Below, one piece after another: positions 13,158 through 26,032 of a DNA stretch of 64,000 bases (position 1 is the stretch's first letter; the number at the start of each line of letters is the position of its first letter). The position numbers were made by a program, and so were the translations under genes. The notes beneath the pieces were generated by a model. That model was not told the DNA's origin and made no database searches. It was given only the letters and a program-made list of their open reading frames with translations. Source of the DNA: Mobula birostris (taxonomy: Eukaryota). The DNA lies in NCBI RefSeq assembly GCF_030028105.1, contig NC_092382.1:99836699-99900698 (forward strand). The letters run 5' to 3'.

Positions 13158-14047
13158 ATGATGGCTTGTGTAACGCCTTGCATCCTCCTGATTTTGCCGT
13201 TGATACCAAGTAAGTCAAACCATCACAGATCCACGGAAAGCGGTGTGGTTTTTCTGTTAGACTTATGCAGTGCGGCATTTTCCTTCCTTCAGCTCGGTAG
13301 AGGGTATCAAATTTGAAATCCCCTCCCGATCTCATGTTCCAAAATGGAAAGATCAGACCACTGATGACAGCCGGTACGTTGGGTTTCGGAATTGAAATGA
13401 CGTCCTCTCCAGTGGACAGGTCTGAACGTGGAAGTGGTGACATGTATGTCTGTGCTGCACTGAGGGGGCTGAGGTACTGATACTAAATACGGATCAAATG
13501 CCAGCAAGCTGTCCAGTTTTCCGGTTCAATTCCCCAATCTGGTCCAATGGCGGCTGATATGGCCCACGGAGCCGTTCACCACTGTGACATTTCTGGCACG
13601 TTACTTGCTAGTGATTGGATATCATCCCGTTGGGTTTTGCTGAGGGTGGCCAAAGGATTTTAGATACGCGGGTTCCTTCTTTTTGAACATTTTAAACAAT
13701 ACCTGGTTGACTATTGAGAGCAATTAGAGACTGATTGAATTCCTTTCTTGCAGCGATTCTGGCGGCTTACGTGCAGCAGTCGTCTTCCTCCCTGTCAATT
13801 GGAGAGGAAAAGTCGGCCAGCATCTGGTGTACGCTGCTAAATACGGGTTATCCAGCCATGCTTTGGTACAGACAGCGATCGGATCGGACCATAGATGCTC
13901 TCTTCTATTCTGCTGGGCAAGGTCAGTCTATGAACTACACATCCGATTCCTACACGGCGACAAGGCCCAGCAGCACTCTGTTTAAATTGGAACTGGGCCG
14001 GGCATCGGCCTCCCACGGCGCCGTCTACTACTGCGCTTGTAGTAGCG
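13158..14047 (+). CDS. TRBV: TCR beta V segment V4, family B, apparently functional (leader 13158-13209, V exon 13754-14047)
   Basis: Leader MMACVTPCILLILPLIP|GTAAG; exon ILAAYVQQSSSSL...WCTLLNTGYPAMLWYRQ...SHGAVYYCACSS; RSS CACAGAG-23-ACAAACACC at 14048-14086. Confidence 0.87.
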
Positions 14048-14125
14048 CACAGAGCTTCAGATAACGAGTCTCCCACTACAAACACCTTCCAGCTGATTGC
14101 AGGCAGGTTCAGAGTTCCTTTTGTA

Positions 14126-14139
14126 CCAGCAGGTGGCAG
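14126..14139 (+). promoter_or_regulatory. CTCF motif downstream of V4 RSS
   Basis: CCAGCAGGTGGCAG (consensus match), 40 bp after nonamer end. Confidence 0.75.
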
Positions 14140-15582
14140 CACAGGACTGTGTTTGGCAGCCACTTGTACTGTCGCGGACGGGGAAAACCTGGCTGGCGTT
14201 CTCTCCTGCTCCAATAACGGTCGATATCACCAGGACAAGAATTCTACCTGATATGGCAACTGCTCTACAGTTACCAGCAAGAAACTCCAGAAAACAATAC
14301 GTCCGCACAGCTCAGCGTATCTTGGAAACGTCCCCTCGCTAACATCTCCTTCTGTCAGAAGAACAAAGACGCCAGCCACCAGTCGGTCAGAAGACTCAAG
14401 ATCTGAATATACATACTAACAGTCGCAAAGCAAACCTTTTCTCCCGCTGTTATTCAACTCTCGAGTGGCCCATTTTCTACGGTGCGATGGTACAGAAATG
14501 TGGGCCGCTGACGTCACAATGAACCTCGTTACGGTCCTGTACGTCAGTTCTGCTTTCTCTCGGCAGCTCTTAAACTTTATTGTCGTGCCTTATTCTACAT
14601 CAGTGCACCGTGTACTGATTGTGTATCTGTGAACAAGCTTGTCACTGCATTTTGTTACAGGTGACAGTAACAAGTCAGTGTCAATACCAACACCGATACC
14701 CTCCAGAGCTGCTGACTGACCCGCTAAGTTCCTGCACTAAGTTGACGGTGACACCAAACTGAGTGGAAAAGCAAATTGTCACGGCTGAACACATGAAGCC
14801 ACACCCCTCAACCGTACGTTAGAATAATACCGAATACCTTAGTCATCACCGCGCTCTTTACGAGCAATGTGCTATGAAGTGGGAGACCGTGGTCTACCCA
14901 GGACCATGATTAATCCTGCTAATTGTTTCTACAGAAGTGCTTTCCCTTTGTTTTATTCTTGGCAGTGTCTTTCCGAAACATTTTACCCCAGCCATTTCCA
15001 ATCGTCATTAGAGATGTTCTGCCTGATATTAGTGGTTGTTCAAATAGAAACTGATAGACGAGCAATCCACCGCCTGTTCCCAATGCTTCACGGGACACCG
15101 ATCGGAATTCATTCAGTTGCGACACCTTGCCTAAGGGTGCCCTGTATTCTAGCGGAGGGAAGGAGCGCCTTAGACTTCCTTTGGAAGAGACTCACCTCCT
15201 TTCGTCACCCACAGTACCGTGGTATCATGTGGAACACACGTTGGAGTTAAACAAGAGGCCGCGGGATAACAGAACCGGATCGGTTGATGCGAATGGAAGC
15301 AGTCGCGCTTGAAGGTATTGTGCGATCAGGCGTGGATCAAACAGGCCGCTTGCTTTGAGGTTATGGCGAAGTGGGGAAGCCTTTCTGGCATCGATATGTT
15401 AACTGGTTGAAGCTTTATTCTGTTTGCATAGTCCCTGCCGTCGGGTACATTGACCAAACATGTTAAACCGGTTTACCACGAGTGTGCGCCTCCCAGTTTC
15501 AAATTTGCATTGCATGAACCCATCTCGGGCCTTGTCGTCAGTGCCACGAAAATAAAAAACGACCCAAGGTATTTACCGAGGC

Positions 15583-15596
15583 GGAAGTGACGTAAT
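15583..15596 (+). promoter_or_regulatory. ETS-CRE composite promoter element of V5
   Basis: GGAAGTGACGTAAT about 120 bp upstream of the leader ATG; identical at 43005, 54823 and 57980, variant at 9241. Confidence 0.7.
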
Positions 15597-15711
15597 CACG
15601 ACAAAGACAGCGGGAATCTAGTTTCTTCACTGCACCAGACAGATAGACTTCCCTGAGAGCTGGTTCTGAGCTTCACTCGATCCACACAGAGGAAGAATCC
15701 TTATCCTGTAG

Positions 15712-16613
15712 ATGATGGTGCGGAGGACAATTTCCCTGCCGCTGATCGTGGTCATGATCCCACGTAAGTAAAAATCACAGATCTCGGGGAAAGGGGTGTT
15801 GAACGACCTTTGTGTAACGACATGGTTCAGCATTGGACATGGTTACGCTTGGTAGATTTTCTCGACAAGAGGCCGAAGATTTGATGCCAACTTGGCAACT
15901 CATGAGCCGAATGAGAAAGCACCTTCCACTGATAAGCTTTCCCGCCCTGGTCGAACTGACCCAGTTGACATTGCGCGCTTCCTTCAGTTTCGCTAAACCT
16001 GGGAGATGATCTCGGGGTATCTCCGGGGATGAGTGGGGTTTTGCGTCAAAACTGAACGCGGACCAAGTGAGATTTGTACGATATTTAACCTCAGAATCAA
16101 AGCGTTTCGAAGAATCTCAATTTGTCTGAATTGGAGTTCGTGTGTGTCAGGATGGTGTATCGCGCCTATGGCACGTCGCAGAATAATGCGAACCTTGGGG
16201 TTAACCTGAGAGTGGATGGCATATTTCGGGAAAGCCAGCCCCTTCCTTCTGTCTAGTTTACGCGCGCGCTGATCAACAACTGAGGGACATTGGAGATTAA
16301 TCGATTTTCTGCCTTACAGGGATTCTGGGCGCTTTCGTCGAGCAGTCGCCTTCCTCCTTGTCAGTCGGAGAGGGTGAGACGGCTAGTGTCTCGTGTACGC
16401 TGTTGAAAACGGACTATACACCCATGTATTGGTACAGGCAGCGGTCCGACCAGGCAATAGATTGTCTCTTCTATTCTTTTGGACAAGGTTTGGTTACGAA
16501 CTACACATCCGATTCCTACACGGCCACAAGACCCAGCAGCACTCAGTTTAAACTGGAGCTGAGAAAAGCATCGCCCTCCCACTCTGCCATCTACTACTGC
16601 GCTTGTAGTAGCG
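15712..16613 (+). CDS. TRBV: TCR beta V segment V5, family B, apparently functional (leader 15712-15763, V exon 16320-16613)
   Basis: Leader MMVRRTISLPLIVVMIP|GTAAG; exon ...SCTLLKTDYTPMYWYRQRSDQAIDCLFYS...SHSAIYYCACSS; RSS CACAGAA-23-ACAAAAACC at 16614-16652. Confidence 0.88.
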
Positions 16614-16691
16614 CACAGAACTTCAGATAACGAGTCTCCCACTACAAAAACCTTCCGGCCGAACGCAGGGAGGTTTCGCAGTTCTGTTGCA

Positions 16692-16705
16692 CCACTAGGT
16701 GGCAG
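16692..16705 (+). promoter_or_regulatory. CTCF motif downstream of V5 RSS
   Basis: CCACTAGGTGGCAG, 40 bp after nonamer end. Confidence 0.75.
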
Positions 16706-17432
16706 CACAGGATTGTGTTTGACTGTTCCTTTCTGTCACGAGCCAACAACATTCAGCTGGCTCTTTTAAGATGCCCCAGCTGCATCAGATATCACAAAGG
16801 CGAGAATTGCATTATGATGTGTAACTGCTCGATGTGGATAATGCACTGCAATTGAAGGCAAAAAAAACCGCAGAGAGACGCGCACCTGTCTCAGCACATC
16901 GTGGATACCTGCTTCGCGCCTATCCATCTCGATAGCTCAGTAAAGCAACGAGCAAAACCAAAGATCCCATCCACCACTCGAGCAGTTTCTCACCCGCTGT
17001 AACTGGACCCTCGAACGGGCTACAGGATGGTGCAGTGACGTGCACTCCTGACGTCACAAACTACCCCATTAAGGTCGTGCTCACCTGCGCTGCAATTTCT
17101 CCGTCGATTTTAAAGTTTCTAGATGAACCTTATTCCACATCAATCCACAGTGTGTGATCTTTCGGGTGTGTGTGTCTGCACGCGCGCGCTGTCCAGTACC
17201 CCTGGATTCCCCCACTGAAACGGCACTGACTAAAATGTGGCTTTCGCTCTCTCCTTTCTGCTTTCGAATGACAGCTGAAGAAATGTGTACCGCTTACAAC
17301 TGCACCGGAGGCTAAAGACGTCATCCGGCCAATCGGTTCCAGACAATGATTCGGCAGCGCAGTGTATGTCATCTGAAAGCAGCTCATGATCAACACTCCA
17401 TCAGCTTCCCGTCAGCTTCCACCCTGTGAAAG

Positions 17433-17880
17433 ATTGGTGCGTGGAACACATTGTCCTGCGCTGATCGTGTCCTTGATGCCGCGTCAGTCAGCAAAACAGA
17501 GGTTCAGGGGGAAAAAAACTGGCGTGCACAGAACGAGCTATCAATTCCTGAGAAAAATAAGACTCTGAGAGAGTTTTTTTTTTCAGCAGTCTGGTAAAGA
17601 CTCTGGCTGTATACGTGTATCAGTTTACCCCTTCCCTGTCAGTTCGGTGGGGAAAGTCAAGCATCGCCCAATACGCGCTGTGGAGTACGGGTTATCATCG
17701 GACATATTGGTGCAGACAGAAACCCGACCAGGCACGAAAAGCTATTCCGCTGGGAAATACATAGTTAACCGTTACAGGTCTCGGTTCTACAGGGCAACGA
17801 GAACCAGTAACATGTCGCTCAAACCGCCTTGCACTCTTGCTCCGCCATCTGATTCTGTGTCTCCGACAGTAAAAACCTCT
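17433..17880 (+). pseudogene. TRBV: Highly degenerate family B TRBV pseudogene
   Basis: ATG-less leader (..VRGTHCPALIVSLMP|GTCAG); eroded V exon (LAVYVYQFTPSLSV...YWCRQKPD) with frameshifts; heptamer missing. Confidence 0.65.
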
Positions 17881-19199
17881 CTTCCTCACGCCAGGAGGAC
17901 TATTACCACCGTACAACATTTTCCGGCAGCAGATGATTGAGAATCGTTGCTCAGTTTCCATCTCGACAGGGTGGGGGGGGGGGGTGGGTGGCATAGAGAA
18001 CTGATCGAGTGCTGGTATTGCCTGGACACCGTTAACTATCTCTTCATGCTCGGTGTGACGTATTCGGCTGCCCGCCTTGGGATCAGATAACATGAATGTC
18101 CTCGGCCTGTGCCGTCCGCCCCACTCCAGACCAATTCTCACGCGGATTCTCCCCTGTTCTCACCCTCTCTCCGCCCTACAGTCCCCGTCCCTCCACTAAG
18201 CCTCTCTTGTCCTGTCTTACCTTTCCTCAAGCATCCAGAACATCTTTCAAGGCATAACCGACATTGCTCTATATTCTGTTGAGATAAGCACTCCGAATGC
18301 GTCACCGTCCATTTCCGTTGTTGCGTCTCAGTCTTCAGCTCGTTTCCAACAACATCTGCGAGTAGCTTCACCGACACGAAGCGCCATGATGCGCGCTGGC
18401 AAAAACACTACCCAGTTGCGGAGGAAAGACAGACTCCAATGTCGCGACCATAAAACTTCATAAGATTTCCAACAGAAGATCAGGTGTGACAACCGAGTGA
18501 CACCGCGAGAGATAATTTTCTCAAAACTAGGGCCCCGCGATTAAAATTGATCGGGTGTCTGTTTACGGCACACAGACACCAAGCATTCATTTTGTTACCA
18601 ACGTCTGTATGCGGAATACAACTCTGAGATTTGCCTTCTCCAGATAGACATAAAATACTGAAAAAATCATTGAAGTATTTGGAAGAAAGCCAACTGTTCC
18701 ATCCCCCGGACGATAACAAAAGAAACATATCGAAGCAAATTAAACCCCTACAACACCCCCAGGCACCAAAACTAACAGATCACCTACAGGGAGAAACAAT
18801 ATCAACGACAAACCCCAAACAGCCAGCGCGCTAATCGGCAACACGAAAGAATGAACGAGAACACAACGAAAAAATAACGGAAAGAGGCCGAAGTTAACTT
18901 CAGGTAGATTAAAATGCAGCCCGATCCAGAATCTCTGAGTTGTCAGGGCATCTGAGATAGCATCGGTATCCAGACAGCGGCGATTCGGAACAACAGCCCC
19001 TCCAGGTGATTTGACTTGAATGCTTGATCGCGCCGAGAGCAACAAGTCGAACCTAACGGCCTCTCCGAGAACCGATCGCTCTCATCGACATATGCCTCCT
19101 TCTTTCAATCTTCCTCGGTTCTTCAATCCGCGAGAAACCTGCCGTCCGGTCCCCGAGCTTTTCTGCTAGAGTTTTCTGCGGCACAGGATAGCGCTAGCT

Positions 19200-20243
19200 C
19201 ACAGTGACTAGTGGGGTACCACAAGGCTCAGTGCTGGGACCCCAGTTGTTTACAACATATATTAATGGCTTGGATGAGAGAATTAAATACAGCATCTCCA
19301 AGTTTGCGGATGACACGAAGCTGGGCGGCACTGTTAGCTGTGAGGAAGATGTTAAGAGGATGCAGGGTGACTTGGATAGGTTGGGTGAGTGGGCAAATTC
19401 ATGGCAGATGCAATTTAATGTGGATAAACGTGAAGTTATCCACTTTGGTGGCAAAAATAGGAAAACAGATTATTAACTGAATGGTGGACGATTAGGAAAA
19501 GGGGAGGTGCAACGAGACCTGGGTGTCATTATACACCAGTCATTGAAAGCGGGCATGCAGGTACAGCAGGCGGTGAAAAAGGCGAATGGTATACTGGCAT
19601 TCATAGCAAGAGGATTCGAGTACAGGAGCAGGGAGGTACTACTGCAGTTGTACAAGGCCTTGGTGAGACCACACCTGGAGTATTGTGTGCAGTTTTGGTC
19701 CCCTAATCTGAGGAAAGACATCCTTGCCATAGAGGGAGTACCAAGAAGGTTCACCAGATTGATTCCTGGGATGGCAGAACTTTCATATGAAGAAAGACTG
19801 GATGAACTGGGCTTGTACTCGTTGGAATTTTGAAGATTGAGGGGGGATCTGATTGAAACGTATAAGATCCGAAAGCAATTGGACAGGCTAGATGCAGGAA
19901 GATTGTTCCCGATGTTGGGGAAGTCCAGAACGAGGGGTCACAGTTTTGAGGATAAAGGGGAAGCCTTTTAGGACAGAGATTAGGAAAAACTTCTTCGCAC
20001 AGAGAGTGGTGAATCTGTGGAATTCTCTGTCACAGGAAACAGTTGAGGCCAGTTCATTGGCTATATTTAAGGGGGAGTTAGATATGGCCCTTGTGGCTAT
20101 GGGGATCAGAGGTTATGGAGGGAAGGCTGGTGCAGGGTTCTGAGTTGGATGATCAGCCATGATCATAATAAATGGCGGTGCAGGCTCGAAGGGCCGAATG
20201 GCCTACTCCTGCACCTATTTTCTATGTTTTCTATGTTTTCTAT
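19200..20243 (+). mobile_element. CR1-clade LINE, 5'-truncated (RT C-terminal part plus 3' UTR)
   Basis: GVPQGSVLGPQLF...KFADDTKLGG and RDLGV...LYKALVRPHLEYCVQFWSP motifs, stop codons, (CTATGTTTT)n tail. Confidence 0.92.
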
Positions 20244-20244
20244 G

Positions 20245-20340
20245 AGTTCATCCTGAAGTCCGACAAACTGGAGGCGAATTCGTCGGCAGTGTATTTCTGC
20301 GCCTGGAGTGTTCCTGGCGGCTCAGAGTGACGGGACAGCT
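20245..20340 (+). pseudogene. TRBV: 3' remnant of a family A TRBV directly after the CR1 tail
   Basis: FILKSDKLEANSSAVYFCAWS followed by a decayed RSS (CCTGGCG...ACGGACACC). Confidence 0.8.
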
Positions 20341-21306
20341 GAACGGACACCTCGCTGTCAAAAGAGTCTGTGCTTTCAGCAAAACAGGAAATACGACTCT
20401 TGTCAATCATCGGGTGGGAGGAGGGTCTATCTGTCTGGCGCTGACCCGTTGCGGCCAATCGGTGAAATAAGGGGCGGAGGCATTATGCCGTGGCGTTTAA
20501 TTTCCTTCCCTTCTTAAAGATTCAGATGGGGGAATATGATCCCCACTGCTCTCCCCAGTTCATCTTTCCTTGACTCTGCAGCCTAGGGTCGGGGACAGGC
20601 GGATAGTTAAGAAACAGGGAGAGACTGGAGAACAGCTGTAGGACACACCCCGTGAATGGCAGAAAACGGCGTCCTTGGAGGGAACAGAGAGATATTGATG
20701 TTCACCAATCACTGAAGATGACAGAATATGAGGGTTTTGGCGGATCTGGGGGTAGGAACAGAAATAGTTTTCTCAGGCGGATTTTCGGGTGCGCACGGAT
20801 TTGGACTTGTCGGTGTATACGGGGTCTTGGCCGATTCGCTGGCGCCTACAGATTTGGAAAATTTGGCGTATGTGAGCGTGCCCGCCGATATATGGGAACC
20901 TGCTCCATGCAGAACACGGGGTATTTCACGTGGTTTAGCTGCGATCTGGGGGGGTTTAGAATACAGGTTCCAAATCTGTAGTTTGGAGAGTGAATATGTT
21001 CCCGGTGTGCTCCGTATGCCTCCTGCTTTATGAGAGAGGAGGTCTGCGACATGGAACAGGCTAACAACGGGAGATGCAAATGGACTAAACTGTCAGGTGT
21101 GGTTTGGAGTGCGGTCAATATATCAGATAGATTCGTGTTTTCAATAAAGAGTTGGTGTATTGTGGCCTATCTTCTCACACCGGATCTCAAGTATGCCGAA
21201 AATCCCAAAACGAAGGAGCATTAAAAATCAGCAAGGAAGAGATATAGGGCGTGCAGAGGGCGACGAAGTTGAGCTGAGAGATAGATCGAATCAGAGTGTC
21301 TGTGTC

Positions 21307-21374
<68 letters not shown>

Positions 21375-21556
21375 GGCTGCTTTAATTAGTGGAGCGTAAC
21401 AACACATCCCTGAGATCGGATAGGTTCATAGAGGGGGCGTGACTGATCGCTACTACCGCAAGTCCACCGACGTCACTGATATAAGTAACAAGTGAGTGAC
21501 TCTTCTCTGCTGCACACAACAGTTTCATCACTCAGAGAATAAACCCTCCAAGGAAG

Positions 21557-22178
21557 ATGCTTTTATTTCTGCGGTTTGTTCTCGCCTTCCACTGTGAGTG
21601 ATGCTGACAAACAATATTAATTTTTATTTTTTTGCTCCTCTATTCCTTTCAGATTTCTTTCACGTGTTTTACCTTCCAGTAGTCTCTTCATTTACGAGAC
21701 CTCTCCTCCGCACACAGTCTTCCCTCTGCAGCCGCCTCTCAGTTCCATCCTCCTCTCTATCTTTCCCAACCCCACATCTCCTCCTTCCTTCCCTCAATGC
21801 ACCAACTTTCTGCCCTTCCCTATTGACCCGGGTCTCCCTGATCAATCACCGCATTTTCCACCCCCGTCTCTTTTTCCAGACGCGACCTCGGTGACGATCT
21901 ACCAGACTCCGGGTTTCTCCGGAAATCCCGGCCAGAAGGTGACCCTGAATTGCACAGTAGAGCGTAGTACCAGTTCTAACAACTGGTTGTACTGGTACCG
22001 ACAATTCCCGGGAAACGGACCGGAGTACATGTTTCACTCGATCGCAGCTAATTACGTGCAGCCGGAAAAATTGGTCGGCGGTTTTAGTGCGGAGAGACCG
22101 AAGACCAACGAAATCTTCCTGAAGTCTGACAAACTGGAGGCGAAATCGTCGGCCCTATATCTCTGTGCCTGGAGTATT
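21557..22178 (+). CDS. TRBV: TCR beta V segment V6, family A (TRBV30-like), apparently functional (leader 21557-21593, V exon 21880-22178)
   Basis: Leader MLLFLRFVLAFH|GTGAGT; exon ATSVTIYQTPG...LNCTVERSTSSNNWLYWYRQ...KSSALYLCAWSI; RSS CACGGCG-23-ACAAAAACT at 22179-22217. Confidence 0.88.
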
Positions 22179-22937
22179 CACGGCGGAACAGCGTGACGGG
22201 GCAGCTGTACAAAAACTCTCAGTGTCAGAAGGGTCGTTGCTGTCAGCAAAACAGGAAACACGACTCCTGTCAATCATATGGTGGGAGGTGGGCCTATCAT
22301 TCAGTCGTGAGCGCCGCAGCGTCCTATCAGTGAAATAGGGGGCGATGTTATTGTACGGCAGTTTTTCATTTCCCTTCTTTCCTGAAGCATCCAGTTGGGT
22401 GAATACAATTCGCACACTCAACTTTCCAGTCTATTCTTCCTTGTCATTTCTGGCCTTTCCACACATCATCGATCCGGGAGAATCAAAACCACTGAGTGCG
22501 CCAGTAATGTTCAGTCCCCAACAACAATTTCCCGCTCGCGTCTTTTTTGTCTGTTGTTGGAAACACAGAATACGAAGAATACCGGAAGAATCCGGAACAG
22601 AGGAAACACGGGGCCTAAGTGTTCGACAGGCATACTGTACATGGTGGCGAATGTTGAGGAACAGCGGGGCCGCGGTGTACAGGGTAGTAAAAGGACCATG
22701 AATGGTGGGGCGTGTCGAGGGACAGAGGGACCTCAGTGTTACAAGGATAGGGCACACACCGTGAAATGTGAGGTGGGTGAAGGTACAGAGAGTCTTGGGT
22801 GCACGAAGATAGGAGAGTGACAGACAATGGGGATTGTGAAGAGACGGAGAGGGATAGGATAACAAGGGTAGGATACACAGCGTGAATATGAAGTCTACCT
22901 CAATACATCGAGCAATGTCTGAAGACACAGGCTGCTA

Positions 22938-22951
22938 CCACTAGGGGGCGC
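22938..22951 (+). promoter_or_regulatory. Intergenic CTCF motif
   Basis: CCACTAGGGGGCGC between V6 and V7. Confidence 0.65.
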
Positions 22952-23403
22952 ACATGAACTGCGTTAAAGTTTATGTAAGGTATTTCGAGGGTATTTAAAA
23001 GGACACATTTTTTCTGTAAAGTGAATTTTATCTTCGGCTAGGTGGCAACCATTGCTAAGAGCCAGAGATCGACGCTCGGGGTGGGAAAGAAAGAGAGAGA
23101 CTGGATGCCAAAGACTGCTCTATGAAAGACACAAGGTGTTTCATAAGGTTCACCGAATAGCACTCATTATGAGATTCCTGGCTACAGCGAAAAGGATATG
23201 AAGTTTTGTGTACACCTGTTGTGCAGATTTAAGAAATTACAAAGACTTGGGAGCTTAAATATATTGCAGACAGTGAGATAATCGGGGCCAGATGAAGAAA
23301 GAGAGATGGATGGACGAGGATAGCGTCAAAGAGGGAGAGTGCTGTGTAGTCATCTTGGTAGAGCGGAAGAGGTACACCCCTCAAATCGTGTTGGAACATC
23401 TAA

Positions 23404-23470
23404 AGGGCGTGGCCAATCGATACTTCCGCAAATCCATCTACGTCACTGATATAAGCAACCAAAGGGGTTT
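23404..23470 (+). promoter_or_regulatory. Family A promoter module (GC box, CCAAT, reverse ETS, reverse CRE-decamer-like)
   Basis: GGGCGTGGCCAATC..CTTCCG..TACGTCACT; paralogous blocks lie upstream of V6, V8, V9, V10, V15 and V20. Confidence 0.65.
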
Positions 23471-23540
23471 GAAGTGAATGGATTATTTCTCTGCTGCACG
23501 CACCACTTTCATGACTGAGAGAATGAACCCTCCAAGTAGG

Positions 23541-24165
23541 ATGTTTCTGTTTCTGCTCTTTATTCTCGCCTTCCACTGTGAGTGAAATTTGACAAATATT
23601 ACTTTTTTTCTTTCTCCGCTTCTCTCTTCCTTTCACATTCCCGTCACTGTTCGTCTTGGACTCGTTACTTGTTTAGTTACGAGCCGTCGCGTCCGCACGC
23701 GATCTGGCCTCGGTCGCAGCCTGTAAATTCCCATCTCCTCTCGAGCTTTCCCGACATCAATATCCTCTTGGCTTCCCTCAATGCACCCTTTTTCCTCCCC
23801 TTTCCCATTTGCCAACGTCTCCGTTTTCATTCACCCCGTTCTGCCTCCCCCGTCTCTTTTTTCCAGACGCGACCTCGGTGATGATCCACCAGACGCCGGC
23901 TTTCTCGGGAACTGCCGGCCAGAAGGTGACCCTGCGTTGCACAGTAGAGGGTAGTACCAGTGTTGATAACGTGTTGTACTGGTACCGACAATCCCCGGGA
24001 AACGGTCCGGAGAACATGTTTTACTCGAACACAGCTCCGTACGTCCAACCAGACGGAATGGTCAACGGTTTTGCGGCGGAGAGACCAAAGAGCAACGAGT
24101 TCCTCCTGAAGTGCGACAAATTGGAGGCGAATTCGTCGGCCGTGTATTTCTGCGCCTGGAGTATT
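23541..24165 (+). CDS. TRBV: TCR beta V segment V7, family A, apparently functional (leader 23541-23577, V exon 23867-24165)
   Basis: Leader MFLFLLFILAFH; exon SVMIHQTPAFSGTAGQKVTLRCTVEGSTSVDNVLYWYRQ...NSSAVYFCAWSI; RSS CACGGCG-23-ACAAAAACC at 24166-24204. Confidence 0.88.
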
Positions 24166-25154
24166 CACGGCGGCTCAGAGTGACGGGACAGCCGAACAAA
24201 AACCTCGCCGACAAAAGGGTCGGTGCTGTCAGCAAAACAGGAAATACGACACCTGTCAATTATAGGATGGGAGGCGGGTCTAGCTGACAGGCGCTGCGCC
24301 GATGCGGCCAATCAGTGAAATAAGGGGCGGAGCTATTATGCAGTGGCATTTAATTTCCTCTCTTATTAAACATTCAGATGGGTGAATATGATCCCCACAG
24401 CTCTCCCCACTCCATCTTTCCTTGATTGTGAAGCCTAGGGTAAGAGACAGACGGATAGTTAAGAAACTGGGAGAGACTGGAGAACAGCTGTAGGACACAC
24501 CCCGTGAATGGCAGATCACGGCGTCCGAGGAAGGAACAGAGGGATATTGACGTTCACCAATCTCAGAAGATGACAGAATATGAGGGTGTTAGCGGATCTT
24601 GGAATTCTAGCAGAAATAGTTTTCTCAGGCGGATTTGGGGTGCGCGGGCATTTGGGGTTGTCGGCGTAAATACGGGCTGCTAGTCGATTTGTTGGCGTGT
24701 GCAGATTTGGAAATTTTGGCGTATGTGAGAGTGCCGGCCGACATATAGGTAGCTGCTCCGTGCAGAACACAGGGTATTTCACGTGGTTTGTCTATGATCT
24801 AGGAGGGCTTAGAATACAGATTCCAAATGTTTATTTTCACGAGATAGGAGAGTCAACCTGTTCCCGGTTTACTCCAGATCTCTCCTGCTTTCTGAGAGAG
24901 GAGCTCTGCGACATAGAACAGGCTAACAACGGGAGTTGTACAAGGACTAAAATGCCACATGTGGTTTGGAGTTCGGTTATTATTAAGACAGATTCGCGTT
25001 TTAAATAAAAACTTGGTTTACTGTTGCTCCGCTTCTCGCACCGGATCTCTGGTATTCCGAAAATGAAAAGACGCAAGAGCATAAAAAAATCAGCAAGAGG
25101 GTGATGTACGGCGTGGAGAGGTAAGAAGTTGAGCAGAGAGATAGATAGATACAC

Positions 25155-25211
<57 letters not shown>

Positions 25212-25397
25212 ATTGGTTGCTTAAATTTGTAGAGTGTAACAACATTTCCCTGAGATCGGATAGGTTCATGGAAGGGGCGTAGCTGATCGCTACTTCCGCA
25301 AGTCCACCGACGTCGCTGATATTAGTAACAAGTGAATGAATTCGTCTGTGCTGCACACAACACTTTCATCACTGAGAGAATAAACCCTCCAAGGAAG

Positions 25398-26032
25398 ATG
25401 CTTTTATTTCTGCGGTTTCCCCTCGCCTTCCACTGTGAGTGACGTTCACAAACAATATTAATTTTTATTTCTATGCTCCTCTCTTCCTTTCAGATTCCCT
25501 TCACGTGCTTTACCTTCCAGTAGTCTCGGAATATTTCAAAATTTATTTACGGGACCTCGCGTCCGCTTACTATATTACCTCTGCTGCCGCCTCTAATTCC
25601 GTCCTCCTCTCCATCTTTCCCAACCCCAGATCTCCTCCTTCCTTCCCTCAATGCACCATCTTTCTGCCCTTCCCTATTGACCCGGGTCTCCCTGATCAAT
25701 CATCGCATTTTTCACCCCCGTCTCTTTTTCCAGACGCGACGTCCGTGACGATCCACCAGACTCCGGGTTTCTCCGGAACTTCCGGCCAGAAGGTGACCCT
25801 GAATTGCACAGTAGAGGGTAGCATCAGTGCTAGCGACTGGTTGTACTGGTACCGACAATTCCCGGGAAACGGACCGGAATACCTGTTTCACTCGACCGCA
25901 GTTAAATACGTGCAGCCGGAGAAATCGGTCGGCGGTTTTACGGCGGAGAGACCGAGGACCAACGAAATCTTCCTGAAATCTGACAAACTAGAGGCGAAAT
26001 CGTCGGCCCTGTATTTCTGTGCCTGGAGTATT
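25398..26032 (+). CDS. TRBV: TCR beta V segment V8, family A, apparently functional (leader 25398-25434, V exon 25734-26032)
   Basis: Leader MLLFLRFPLAFH; exon SVTIHQTPG...LNCTVEGSISASDWLYWYRQ...KSSALYFCAWSI; RSS CACGGTG-23-ACAAAAACT at 26033-26071. Confidence 0.88.

Noticed and set aside
14867-15312. 127-aa ORF between V4 and V5
   Set aside because: It has no recognisable domain, splice signals or paralog in the window; probably an old repeat or chance.
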